From contig JAPDFW010000009.1 in the NCBI GenBank assembly GCA_028826165.1, forward strand, positions 26,934-90,933: DNA of 64,000 nt, in the 5' to 3' direction. This DNA is from Anaeramoeba ignava BMAN. Taxonomy: Eukaryota; Protista; Anaeramoebae. Under the pieces are notes generated by a model. It searched no databases and had not been told where the DNA came from. It was given only the letters and a program-made list of their open reading frames with translations. Below, in pieces: positions 36,248-49,396 of the stretch (position 1 is the stretch's first letter; the number at the start of each line of letters is the position of its first letter). Position numbers and translations under genes: made by a program.

Positions 36248-39200
36248 ATGGAAAAAGCTGCTGAAAAAATTACTATTTTATCTGAACATTTAAATGGTCT
36301 TCTTGCTCAAATTTATAATATAAAACAATTGGTAAAAAAAAAACACAAATTTTTTTTTTAATTAACGTTTTAATTTAAATTTTATTTTGAAATTATTTAT
36401 TTAGTTTGATGGTCCTTCAGCTCCTCCTTATTTTGTTGATGATAAAATGAGTAAAGCAATTGTTAAAGGTTTTAAGAAGTTTGGACAACAAAAAGTTTCT
36501 GATAAATTTTATGTTGTAAATTAAAATTAAATATAAAATTAAATACAAAATTAAATATAAAATTTAATACAAAATTAATCACAAAATTAAATATAAAATT
36601 AAATACAAAATTAAATACAAAATTAAATACAAAATTAAATACAAAATTAAATATAAATTAAATATAAAATTAAATTCAAAATTTAATATAAAATTAAATA
36701 CAAAATTAAATATAAAATTAAATATAAAATTAAATATAAAATTAAATACAAAATTAAATATAAAATTAAATATAAAATTAAATATAAAATTTAATACAAA
36801 ATTAATTATAAAATTTAATACAAAATTAAATATAAAATTTAATATAAAATTAATCACAAAATTAAATATAAAATTAAATATAAAATTAAATATAAAATTT
36901 AATTTTAAAATTTAAAACAAAAATTAAATACAAAATTAATTACAAAATTAAATATAAAATTAATCACAAAATTAAATATAAATTAAATATAAAATTTAAT
37001 ATAAAATTAAATACAAAAATTAAATATAAAATTTAATATAATTTAATTACAAAATTAAATATAAAATTTAATATAAAATTAAATACAAAAATTAAATATA
37101 AAATTTAAAACAAAATTAATTACAAAATTAAATATAAAATTAAATACAAAAATTAAATATAAAATTAAATATAAAATTAAATATAAAATTAAATATAAAA
37201 TTAAATATAAAATTAAATATAAAATTAAATATAAAATTAAATATAAAATTAAATATAAAATTAAATACAAAATTAAATATAAAATTAATTATAAAATTAA
37301 TTATAAAATTAAATATAAAATTAATTATAAAAATTAAATATAAAATTAAATACAAATTAAATACAAATTAAATACAAATTAAATACAAATTAAATACAAA
37401 TTAAATATAAAATTAAATATAAAATTAAATATAAAATTAAATATAAAATTAAATATAAAATTTAATATAAAATTAAATATAAAATTTAATTACAAAATTT
37501 AAAAAAGAATCCACAATTCGATGTTATAAGAAGAAATTCTAAGGAAGCTTATGAATTTTTTACACCTGGATATCATATTCTTAGTAATGCTATGAAAGTT
37601 CTTCCTGAAGTGAAAATTATATTAACAACTATTGCAAATTCAACAATTATTTTAAGTGTAATTTTCATTTTAATTTTTAATTTTAATTTTAATTTTAAAT
37701 TTTAATTTTAATTTTAATTTTTGAATTTTAATTTTAATTTTAATTTTACTTTTAATTTTAATTTTTAATTTTAGTTTGATGCAAATCCACGTTTAGCAAC
37801 AGCATTCTTAGATTTATATACTAATTATGCAAAGTTAATTTTACTTATTTCACAATTTGAAACAGTTAAAAAATTTCTTCTTGTTTATCAACTTGCACAT
37901 CGACAAGAAAAAAAGAAATCACCTTATGATTTCCTTAATGTTTGTCAATTTGTTGCTAAATCAGAAAGTCCATTTAAGTCAATTTTTGAAGATTTGAATA
38001 GTTTATGGGAACCAATTACTTCAATTCTTGAAACTCTTGTTTTTCATATCCCGAATATTCAAAATCATGATGTAAATTATTTTAATTTTAATTTTAATTT
38101 TATTTTTAAATTTTAATTTTAATTTTAATTTTAATTTTAATTTTAATTTTAATTTTAATTTTAATTTTAATTTTAATTTTAATTTAATTTTTAAATTTAA
38201 TTTTAATTTTAATTTTTAATTTTAATTTTAATTTTAATTTTAATTTTTAATTTTAATTTTTAATTTTAAATTTTAATTTTAATTTTAATTTTAATTTTAA
38301 TTTTAATTTTAATTTTTAATTTTTAATTTTAATTTTAATTTTAATTTTTAATTTTAATTTTAATTTTAATTTTAATTTTTAATTTTAATTTTAATTTTTA
38401 ATTTTAATTTTAATTTTAATTTTAATTTTAATTTTAATTTAAATTTAATTTTAATTTTAATTTTAATTTTAATTTTAATTTTAATTTTAATTTTAAATTT
38501 TAATTTTAATTTTTAATTTTAATTTTAATTTTAATTTTGATTTTAATTTTAATTTTAATTTTTAATTTTAAATTTTAATTTTAATTTTAATTTTAATTTT
38601 AATTTTAATTTTAATTTTAAATTGAATAGGATTTAAGAAAAAAAGGATTACTTTCAATTACACTTAAGGAAAACATGCTTCCATATCCAGTTGATGATCC
38701 ATTATATTTCTATTTACCTAAAACAGAGAAGATATTTGAATGGGTTATTTATGGATATCTCTTTTCACCTCAAGCTTTCCAAAAGGATGTAGTAACAGGA
38801 ATTGTACAATCTGCATTATCTAATATATTCGTTGTTACAGTTTATCGAGATTTAGTATTTTATCCCCATCAAGAATTTGAAGCAATGCTTTCTTTATCCG
38901 CTTTTAAGAAATTAAAAATCTCAAAAAAGAAAAATATCATCTCTGCCGCTTATACAAATTCAATCACAAAAGGTCCTGAATTGCATCAGAAATTCCGTTT
39001 ATTTCTTAAACAAGAAGCAATGTCTTTGATGAATTTATTAACTTATAAACCTGGATTAATTGCACCAAAAGTGAATGTAATTAAAACAAATTTTGATTTT
39101 AATTTAAATTTATATTTTAAATTTGATTTTAATTTTAATTTTAATTTTAATTTTAATTTTAATTTTAATTTTAATTTTAATTTTAATTTTAATTTTAATT

Positions 39201-42200
39201 TTAATTTTAATTTTAATTTTAATTTTAATTTTGATTTTAAATTTTAATTTTAATTTTAATATTAATTTTGATTTTAATTTTAATTTTAATTTTAATTTTA
39301 ATTTTATTTATTTTTGATTTTGATTTTACTTTTAATTTTATATTATTTTTAGATTGTTTATTCTATTTTAGGTCTTTGTATGAATGAAATTCATTGGTTT
39401 CTTAAACATTTTAAAAAAGCACCAGCAAAAGTTAAATCAAAATTACCAGCAGAAGCATTTAATACAATTGATATTATTCAATTAATTTATATAGTGGATA
39501 AAATCACACAATTAGTGAAAAAATATCAATCAGGTAAAAATATTTAAAATATTTAAAATATTTAAATTATTTAAATTTAAATTTATATTAAATATTAAAA
39601 TTATTAAAAATATTAAAATTATTTAAATTATTTAAATTATTAAAATTATTTAAATTATTTAAATTATTTAAAATATTAAAATTATTTAAATTATTTAAAT
39701 TATTTAAATTATTAAAAATATTAAAATTATTTAAATTATTTAAAAATATTTAAATTTAAATTCAAATCCTCTTAGTTATCAAAACGATATTATATTATTT
39801 ATGCAACAAAGAATGATTACACAAACCTTACTAGTTTATATTCCAAATTTTTCCAAACAAGCACATCAAGCATTCGAACAATTATTGAAGCAAATATCAA
39901 TGCATTATCAACACTAACAATTGATCAATATGAACAAGAACTCGATTTAAGTGCACTTCAACTCAATTGGTTTCGATGTGAAACACTTCTTTCTAATAAA
40001 CAAATGAAAGAAACAGAACTTTTCATCATTAAACTTGGAGATTTTGCAAAAGAATTAAATCGTCACTCATTACATTTAAGAAATATTGACGAAATTGAAG
40101 ATCAACTGAAAGAGATTGGTGGAATATTCTCACTTTATCCTTATTTGGATGATATATATTTAATGTATCGAGAAGGATTAGCGGGTGAAAAACTTATTCA
40201 ACATCATTTGGTTTCCTATTTAAATTTACTCTCAGAAGCACATCTTATTATCAATCCTTTTTATCCCGAAGAATTAAATACTTTGATTCAATCATGTCTT
40301 GCAAAAATGGATCAATTTTTGATTTTGATTTCAACTAGAATTTCTGGACTTGTTAGAAGTATTGCAAGTCCTAAAAAAGGATTTGCTAATCTTGACCAGC
40401 AAATCGATCCTGTTGTTGTTGCTCGTGAAGCTTATAATCAACAAAAAGCTCTCGAGAAAAAAACTGTTTATCATCCATTTGTTCCTGGAACTGAATCCTT
40501 CTTTTCACAGAGAAATAGAGTGAAAGAATTACAAAGATGGGAATTGCATCTTTCTCGTTTATGCTCTTTAATGGATGTTTATTCTGTTATTACTATTTAT
40601 GATACTCAATATGTTCCTGCTCAAGTATTTTTACAAACAAAATTAAATTTTAAAATTATAAATTCAATTAAAATTTAAATTCAAAATTCAAAATTCAAAA
40701 TTATAAATTCAAAATTCAAAATTCAAAATTTAAATTCAAAATTCAAATCCAAAATTATAAATTCTTTTTTAGTATGTTGTTGATGCTTTAGAATCTGGTT
40801 TCCAAGATCATTTAATGAGAAACATTTATTCAGATGAACAAACAAAAACACTTCAAAAACCATCAGTATTTTTAAAATTAGTTTCGAATATGATTTATTC
40901 AATGAAATTAGTTGAAGATACATGTAAATTAAAATCAATATTTAAATAAATATATTTAAAAATATTTAAAAATATTCAATTTAAAAATATTCAATTTAAA
41001 AATATTTAAATAAAAATATTCAAATAAAAATATTCAAAAATATTTAAATAAAAATATTTAAAAATATTCAAAAATATTTAAAAATATTTAAATAAAAATA
41101 TTCAAAAATATTTAAATAAAAATATTCAAATAAAAATATTCAAAAATATTTAAAAATATTATCTTAATTTGATATTATTTTAGTGAGATTGGATGTTATG
41201 CCAATTGTTCGCAGAATATTATTATCAAATTCATATGCAGGAACACCTGGACCACGAGGACAATTACTTGCACTTCAAGAACCACCAACAATTCAAAATG
41301 GAGTTTTAAGTGCTTATCTTGAATTATTTACAAATTTTGTTGAAAATTATATTGCAAGTGGATCAGTTTATTGGGAACTTAATAAATCCTTTTATTCAAG
41401 AGGTGGTATTTCTTTGAGAGCCGATCTTTACTTTAATATACAAGAATTAACAGCTTTATGTGAGCTTCTTGGTCCTTATCCTGGTGTTCGTGCAATTGAT
41501 AATACTTTATTAGATGCAATTTCAACACCAATTCTTTTACTTAAAGTAAATTTAATATTTATATTATAAAAATATTTAATATTTATATTCATTAATATTT
41601 AATATTTATACTATTCAAAAATATTTAATATTTATATTCAAAAATATTTAATAATATTTATATTCAATATTTAATATTTATATTCAAAATATTTAATATT
41701 TATATTCAATAATATTTAATATTTATATTCAAAAATATTTATATTTAATATTTATATTCAAAATATTTAATATTTATATTCAATAATATTTAATATTTAT
41801 ATTCAATAATATTTAATATTTATATTCAATAATATTTAATATTTATATTCAATAATATTTAATATTTATATTCAAAAATATTTAATATTTAATATTTATA
41901 TTCAAAAATATTTAATATTTATATTCAAAAATATTTTAATATTTAATATATTTATTATATTCAAAAATAATATTTATAATAATATTTAATATTTATATTC
42001 AAAAATATTTAATATTTATATTCAAAAATATTTAATAATAATATTTAAAATTTATATAATATTCAAAATATTTAATATTTATATATTCAAAAATATTTAA
42101 TATTTATATTCAAAATATTTAATATTTATATTCAAAAATATTCAATATTTATATTCAATAATATTCATTAATATTTAATATTTATATTCATTAATATTTA

Positions 42201-43433
42201 ATAATATTCAATAATATTTAATATTTATATTCAATAATATTCAAAATATTCAATAATATTCAAAAATATTTAATAATATTCAATAATATTCAATAATATT
42301 CAAAAAAATTTAAAATAGGATATTCTCGCAGCAAACAATCAAACCCTTTTAGATTTCGAAAAAGTATATTGGAAACCAGAAAAATCTGGAGACATAATCA
42401 AGAAATTCACCCAATTAGACAACGTTGTGAAACTATCAATCAACATTGGAGCCACATTACAATTACGAGAATTACTTCATCAAGCGTTAGAAAATTCAAT
42501 CAAAAAAAACGCAAGTTTAATTTACGAAACAGTTTCCTTAGCATTCAACGAGGTAAATTAACAAAATAAGAAAACAATAAGAAAACAATAGAAAGTAAAA
42601 ACAATATTCTTTTGTATAAATAGTATCCACCCAACATTTGGGGTAAAGAAGACTTCCTTGATATGGATTGCTTTGCACAATCAGTTGGACTTTTCACAAA
42701 AACGGAAGTCGACCATCCATTTGAAAAAGCAATCCGAATGATCCGCAAACAACACACACTTTCTGGATCATGGGAGTATTTGCCATATCTTTATGCAGCA
42801 AGTTTCACTTCATCAATTTGGTTAGAAGCGAACTATTTACCTGAAATTGGTGGGCATTCAAATAACGCTCACTGCATGATCAAATGCATCCAAAAACTTT
42901 TCCATCTTTCCCCAATCTTGTCTGATGACATCGACCTTGCCCTTAAGGAAGGAGAAAAGAAACTCGCAAACTTCCACAAGAAATTTATTGAGGTTTCTTC
43001 GTTTGTTTTGTTCCAATTGGAGCAACAACCGGAATCAAAAAAATTACCTTCAACTGGAACTATTTTTGTTTTGCTCGACAAATTTGTAACAGATTCTAAT
43101 TATCTTCATTTGGAAGATTTCGAGGAGTTTGTTCCTTATATTTTCTTGAGAACTGTTCATGGAAAATTCTTTAGAGAATCTGAAGTGGAAACTGATCTGG
43201 ATTCAGGTATTCGTTTCGATCTTGAAGATGAAAATCCTGTTGAAAAAGAAAAAGAAAAAGAAAAAGAAATTCAAATGGAAAATGAAAAACAACCTCAAAA
43301 ACTCACTCAAAATCGTTCAATGAGTGTTAATCAAAATCCTCCTCCTCCTCCTCCTACTGATAATGATTTCCTTCCTCCTCCTCCTCCTACTGATGGTGAC
43401 TTTCTTCCTCCTCCTCCAACTGATTTGAATTAA
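36248..43433 (+). CDS. NCKAP1: NAP1/NCKAP1 (Hem) subunit of the SCAR/WAVE complex, ~11 exons, with proline-rich C-terminal extension
   Basis: KAAEKITILSE...LLAQIYNIK, FLDLYTNYAKLILL, EWVIYGYL, LHQKFRLFLKQE, PGLIAPK, LQLNWFRCE, PGTES, ELTALCELLGPYPG, GHSNNAHC. Exons are linked by GT-AG introns, many filled with repeats. Confidence 0.92.
36520..37500. repeat. (AAATTAAATATA/AAATTAAATACA)n 12-bp intronic array in NAP1 intron 2
   Basis: Directly visible. Confidence 0.93.
38080..38620. repeat. (TTTTAA)n intronic microsatellite in NAP1
   Basis: Directly visible. Confidence 0.93.
41550..42310. repeat. degenerate ~24-bp (AATATTTAATATTTATATTCAAAA) intronic array in NAP1
   Basis: Directly visible. 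Confidence 0.85.
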
Positions 43434-43586
43434 TTGGGAATTTTTTTTTCCCGAAAAGAAAAAAAATTTTTTTCTCTTTTTTTTTTTCAAATCAATCTTA
43501 ATTTCATTTCATTTTACTTTTTTTTTTTCAAAATTCAAAATTCAAAATTCAAAATTCAAAAAAACAATTTAATTATTTTTGATTTT

Positions 43587-45448
43587 TTAAAAAATATAAC
43601 GATCTGGTTCTCTTGGTTCTCTTTTTAAAGAAAGATGAAATAATTCCTTTTCAGATTTAATTTTTGTTATTAAATTAAATTCTCTTTGTATTTCAGGAAT
43701 TGGAGATGGAAAATTTGAATCTAAAAAAAGAGAAGAAAAAGCCATTTTCATTGAATGAAAAGCAAATCTAAAACGATTAAAATTTATCATTCCATTAATT
43801 CTTTCTTGATTTCCTTCATGAATAAATGTTAAATCAGTCAAATTAACTGATAAAAAAGGGATATAAAATTGAATTCCTTCAAAATTTCTAATTTCATCTC
43901 GATAATTCATATAAGAAGAATTAGGAGTAAGCAAATTATTTCCTTCATCAAATAAATTGAAATCTTTTTTGGATAACAAAGATTTTGAGTGTTTTAACCG
44001 ATAAATTGAAGCTCTTTGTACTCCTGAATTAATTATTTGAGCTGATTGATAATCTTTCATTTTGATTAAAATGTAGAATATTTTCATAAATCTTTTCATC
44101 ATTTTACTTCTTGGAATCACATTTTTTTCTTTTAATATTCTCCAACTCACATAAAAAGAAATATTGTTGAAAAAATAAACTATTCTTGTTAATGTTGGAT
44201 GAAGCTCAAATTTTTCATACCAATTTATATGAAGAAGTTCATCTGGATCTAGATTTGTCATTAAATCATATTGAAAAATAGATAATTGCTCTGCAAATTC
44301 AGTTTCACTAAGTGTATCCAAAATGGAATGTTTTAATGTTTTTTCATTTTTCTTGATTTTTCTTTTTGTTTTTTTGTGGTTTTCTTTTGGATATTTTTTT
44401 TGTTGTTTTTTTTCCTCATCTTCTAATATTGGTTTATCTGTGAATTTATAATGTAACCATTTATAATTATCTGTAATTTTTGGTTTGGAATCAAGAAAAT
44501 TTTCCAAATGCAAATCATAAATTTTAAATTCAGAAAAACGAGGAATTAAAATTTGATGTAATAAAATTTGATAATTTTGAATTAATTCATTTTGGTTTCT
44601 CCATCTATAAGGAAAATAGGTTATCCAACTACTAATAAGATTGAGTATTTTCTTACAAACAAGGAAAGTTTGATTTTGATTTTGATTTTGATTTTGATTT
44701 TGATTTTGATTTTGATTTTGATTTTGATTTTGAATTTTTATTTCATTTTGATTTTGATTTTGATTTTGATTTTGATTTTGATTTTGATTTTGATTTTGAT
44801 TTTGATTTTGATTTAAATTTTGATTTAGATTTTGATTTTCATTTTGATTTTGATTTTGATTTTGATTTTCATTTAAATTTTGATTTTCATTTTCATTTTG
44901 ATTTTCATTTTGATTTTGATTTAAATTTTCATTTTCATTTAAATTTTGATTTAAATTTTGATTTAGATTTTGATTTTGATTTTGATTTTGATTTTGATTT
45001 AGATTTTGATTTTCATTTTCATTTTGATTTAGATTTAAATTTTGATTTAGATTTTGATTTTGATTTTGATTTTGATTTTGATTTTGATTTAAATTTTCAT
45101 TTTCATTTTCATTTTGATTTAAATTTTCATTTTCATTTTCATTTTCATTTTCATTTTAATTTTTGAATTGGTTTATAATTTTCTCTTCAAATTTTTTTAA
45201 TAAATTATTCGCAGAAATAAAAGTAATATGATAAAAGAAAAATATTTGTGGAAAATTAGGTTCTATTTAAATTAATATTTTTGATCCAAATTTTTTAAAT
45301 TTAAAATTAAAATTTTAATTTTGAAATTTAAAAAGAAAAAAAAACCTTTTTGAAAATTGGATGTAATAAGAAAATCAATTAAAGAATCAATATCAGCTGA
45401 AATAATTTTATTACTTTGATTATCAAAAACAACTTTAGAATTTTTCAT
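43587..45448 (-). CDS. RasGEF (REM + CDC25 domains) with a long (Asn-Gln/Glu)n insertion in the REM domain
   Basis: CDC25: EFAEQLS...FFNNISFYV...SIYRLKHS...YIPFLSVNLTDLTFIHEGN...INFNRF...LSLKREPR. The 5' exons give MKNSKVVF...IISADIDSLIDFL and FFFYHITFISANNLL. One in-frame TAA lies at the start of the repeat (~45157). Confidence 0.82.
44668..45157. repeat. (TTTTGA/TTTTCA/TTTAAA/TTTAGA)n hexamer array inside RasGEF
   Basis: Reads as NQ/NE/NL codons on the minus strand. Confidence 0.93.
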
Positions 45449-45531
45449 AAATTTTTTAAATAAAAGGAAAAAAATGAATTTTTTTTAAATTTCATTTTTT
45501 GGAAATTTTTTATTTCAATTTTTTTTTCAAA

Positions 45532-48041
45532 ATGCAAAAAGAAATTCATCTTGTTTGTCAACAAAAATCACTTCAAGAAATTTCTAAATTGATAACAAAA
45601 AAAAATGTTAATATAAAAACATTTGAATTGAAAACACCACTTCATTTCATTTGTGAAAGAGAAAATTTTTTTGAAGCAGTAAAACTTCTTCTCAAAAAAG
45701 GAGCAGAAATAAATGCAAAAACAAAAGAAAAAAAAACAGCTTTACATTTAGTTTGTGAACAAAAAACAATTCCAATTAAATTGGTAAAATATCTCATTTC
45801 AAAAGGTGCTAATGTTAATGCAAAAACATATTGGAAAGAAAATAAAACACCTTTACATTGTGTTTGTCAAAAAACTCAAGATGAAAATTCACTTGAAATT
45901 ATTAAGTATTTGATTTCAAAAAAAGCGGATATAAATGCAAAAAATCAAAACCAACAAAATTCATTACATTTAATTTGCCAGCAAAAAAATTCATTTGAAA
46001 TTATCAAATTTCTCATTGGAAAAGGAGTGGAAATCAATTCAAAAAGTCGAAATAATAAAACTCCTTTTCATTATGCTTGTCAATATATTGATTCAATTGA
46101 AATTATTAAGTATTTAATTGAAAAAGGAGCAGATATTCATGCAAAAACAAATTCAAATCAAAATGCTTTACATTATGTATGCAAAAACAACAAAACAATT
46201 CATTTGAGATGATCAAGTTTCTAATAGAAAAAGGTCTTGATATTAATGCAAAAACAGACAAAAACAAGACTCCTTTACTTTATATTTTGGCAAACAATCC
46301 AAATCCAGAAATTGTTAAATATTTAATTGAAAAAGGAGCTGATGTTAATGTAAAAACAGAGGGAAATGAGACTGCTTTGCATTTTTTATGCAGTCACAAA
46401 GATATTTCACTTGAGTTAATCAAGCTTGTAATTGAAAAAGGGATCGATATTAATACAAAAACAGACAGAAATGAAACAGCTTTATTTCTTTCTTTTAAAA
46501 ATGATCCAAAAATTGAGACTTTAAGATATCTTGTTGAAAAAGGTGCTGATATTAATATGAAAACGGATAGAAACGAGACATTATTGCATCATGCATGCAA
46601 ACAAAAGAATATATCAACTGATTTAATAAAATTCCTTATTGAAAAAGGGATTGATATTAACGCAAAAACAGATAGAAATGAAACAGCTTTATTTCTTTCT
46701 TATTTGAATCAAAATTCTTTTGAGACGATGAAATTTCTTGTTGAAAATGGAGCTGATGTTAATGTGGAAAAAGAATCTTTTGAGAGAGATCATTTAAAAA
46801 CTGTTTTGCATATTGCTTGTGAAAGATGTTCATTAGAAACTGTTAAATTTCTTGTTGAAAATGGAGCGCTTTTGGAAATTTTAAATGATGATAATCAAAA
46901 TGAATTAATGATTGCCTGGAAGAAAAACTCAATAGAAATAGCGAAGTATTTGATTGAAAAAGGAGCGAATCTCAATTTCAAAAGTGGGAATTATGGGGAA
47001 GATTTAATTCTCAGTTCTGCTTGTCAACAAAACTTGCTTGAATTTGTGAAATTTCTTGTTGAAAAAGGAGCTGAAATCAATCCGAGTGGATATTATTCTC
47101 AAAAACCATTTCATATGGCTTGTAGATATTCTTCTCTTGATATTATTAAATTTCTTGTTGAAAATGGAGCTGATATTAATTTGAAAAATTCCTATAGTTT
47201 AAGTCCTTTGGATGTAGCTATTGAGCAAAAAAGAAAAGAGGTTATCGAGTATTTAATACTGAATGATTGTTCAATTTATAATATAAGAACACAAAATTTA
47301 TCACCTTCAATTATTGATTTATACAAAAAAATCCATTCAATTAACGATGATATGAAGAAGTTATTAAATTCAGAGGATAATTTTTCAGATTTCCAAATTG
47401 AATGCAATGAATCTTTCAAATTCCAAGTTCATAAATTTATTCTTTTATTAAGATTTGATAATGATGAATCAATTTTAGAAAAATTCATTGAATTTTGTTA
47501 TAAGAAATCAAAAAAGGATGTTGAAATGGTTCTGAATTTTGTTTATTCGGGATTTCCCGATTTGGATCAACTTTTAGTTCATATTTTGGATCGTAAATCA
47601 AATCCTTATGGGAAAAAAGAACAAGAATTGATGAATGAATGTGAGAATTTTTTCAAAGAAATTGGACTTGATTCAAAATGGATTGGATTAAAACAAGGAA
47701 GAAAAGGAATCATAAGAGATTTTGAAAAATTATATCAAAATGAATCAACAAAAGATTTTAAAATTATTTGTGAAGAAGAAAAAGAAATTAAAGTTCATAA
47801 ATTAATCTTAATAATAAGAAGTGAATTATTTAAAGGAATGTTTTTAAATGTTCAAGATTCATCAAATCAAGTTCATGATTATACAAAGAAATCATTTGAA
47901 ACTATTCAACAATTCGTTTATTTTCTTTATAATGATAAATTTGAGAAAGAAATTCCAAAAACAATTAAAGAAGAATTTAATGATTTAAAAGATTATTATC
48001 AATTAAATTCAAATTCAATAATTGATTTATTTTTGAAATAA
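45532..48041 (+). CDS. Ankyrin-repeat (~16) + tandem BTB protein; frameshift near 46185-46195
   Basis: Repeated TPLH/TALH...LIEKGADINAK. BTBs FSDFQI...VHKFILLLR and KDFKI...VHKLILIIRSELFKGMF. The two ORFs join at an A-run. Confidence 0.9.
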
Positions 48042-48093
48042 AATTCATTTTTTTTTTCATTTTTTTCATTTTTTTTTCATTTATTTTTTAAAA

Positions 48094-49285
48094 ATGGCTT
48101 CAATTTTTTCAATAAGATTATCTTTATTAGAACATGGATGTGTTTATAATGATACTGAAATTGTTAATTCAATGATAGTTTATTTTGATAATATACTTTC
48201 CAATTCGTTAATTCCTGAAGAAATTAAAAAAGTATTTGTTTTATATGCAATTACAAAAGTAACAAAACAAGCAGAATTAAGATTTTTTGAAGATTCTTTA
48301 GAATTTATTTCAAATGAAGAAATTAGAAATATTATTTTAGAACAAGTAAAAAATAAATCAAAAATTAATTTAATTTAATTAAATTTAAATTAATTTCTTT
48401 TTTTAAGATAATTCTTTCTTATAGAAAAACACCAATACAAATGAAAGAGTTAATTGATTTTTATTTTCCAAAAGAAGAACTTTCAGAAAGCAGAAAATTT
48501 TTGTTATTATTATATTATTATTATTATAAAAATTTGAGAAAAGAAAATAATAATGAAAATAATGAAAATAATGAAAATAATGAAAATAATCAAAATAATG
48601 AAAATAATCAAATGGAAGATGAATTTTTATTAAATATTCAACATTTTGCTGAAAATAATAAAGAAGATTTTGAAAAACAAATTAGAAAAATTGAAGAATT
48701 TGTTTCATTCAAAAAAGTTCTTCCAATTTTAATAAATGATTTAAATGTTGAAAAAATATCAACAATTCCAACTCAAATTGAAAATGTATTTATATTTAAA
48801 TTTATATTTATATTTAAATTTATATTTATATTTATATTTTTTTTCTAAAAACATGAAAGCTTCAAGAAATGATAAATATAAAGGAAATTGAAGATGAAAT
48901 TGAAATTGAAGATGAAAGAAATTCTAAAAATAAAAATATTATTTATGAAAAATTAAAAACTCCAGTTTTTGAAAAAAAAAGAAGAAAATTGAAGAAAAAT
49001 AATAAAAAAAATAATAAATTTGCACCAAAAAGAGCAGGAAGTTGGACAAATGAAGAAATTTATGAATTATTAAAAGGAATAAAAAAATATGGAATAGGAA
49101 ATTGGACTTTTATTAGAAATGATGAAAATATTCTTATTAATCCTTTAAGAAACAAAAAAGATATTCGATACAAATGGAGGAATTTAACAACAAGAAACAA
49201 AGATTTGGATTTACAAGAAAGAATCCAAAAATATTTAAAATCTTCAAATGAAATTGAAGATATTGAAAAATTTTTCCAAATTTAA
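48094..49285 (+). CDS. Single C-terminal Myb (telobox-like) protein, TRF/TRB-like; 3 exons
   Basis: WTNEEIYELLKGIKKYGIGNWTFI...RNKKDIRYKWRNL. Introns ~48346-48407 and ~48786-48859. Confidence 0.75.
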
Positions 49286-49396
49286 AAATAAGAATTTTGT
49301 TTTTTTTTTTTGTTTAAAAAATGAAAAAGAAAATGAAAGGATCAAAACTCTATTAAAAGAAAAAAAAGAAAAAAAAGAAAATCAAATGAGAAAAAT

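Noticed and set aside
45150-45165. Stop-codon reassignment (TAA read as Gln)
   Set aside because: TAA terminates most genes here and long ORFs lack internal TAA. A single case is better explained by error or mutation.
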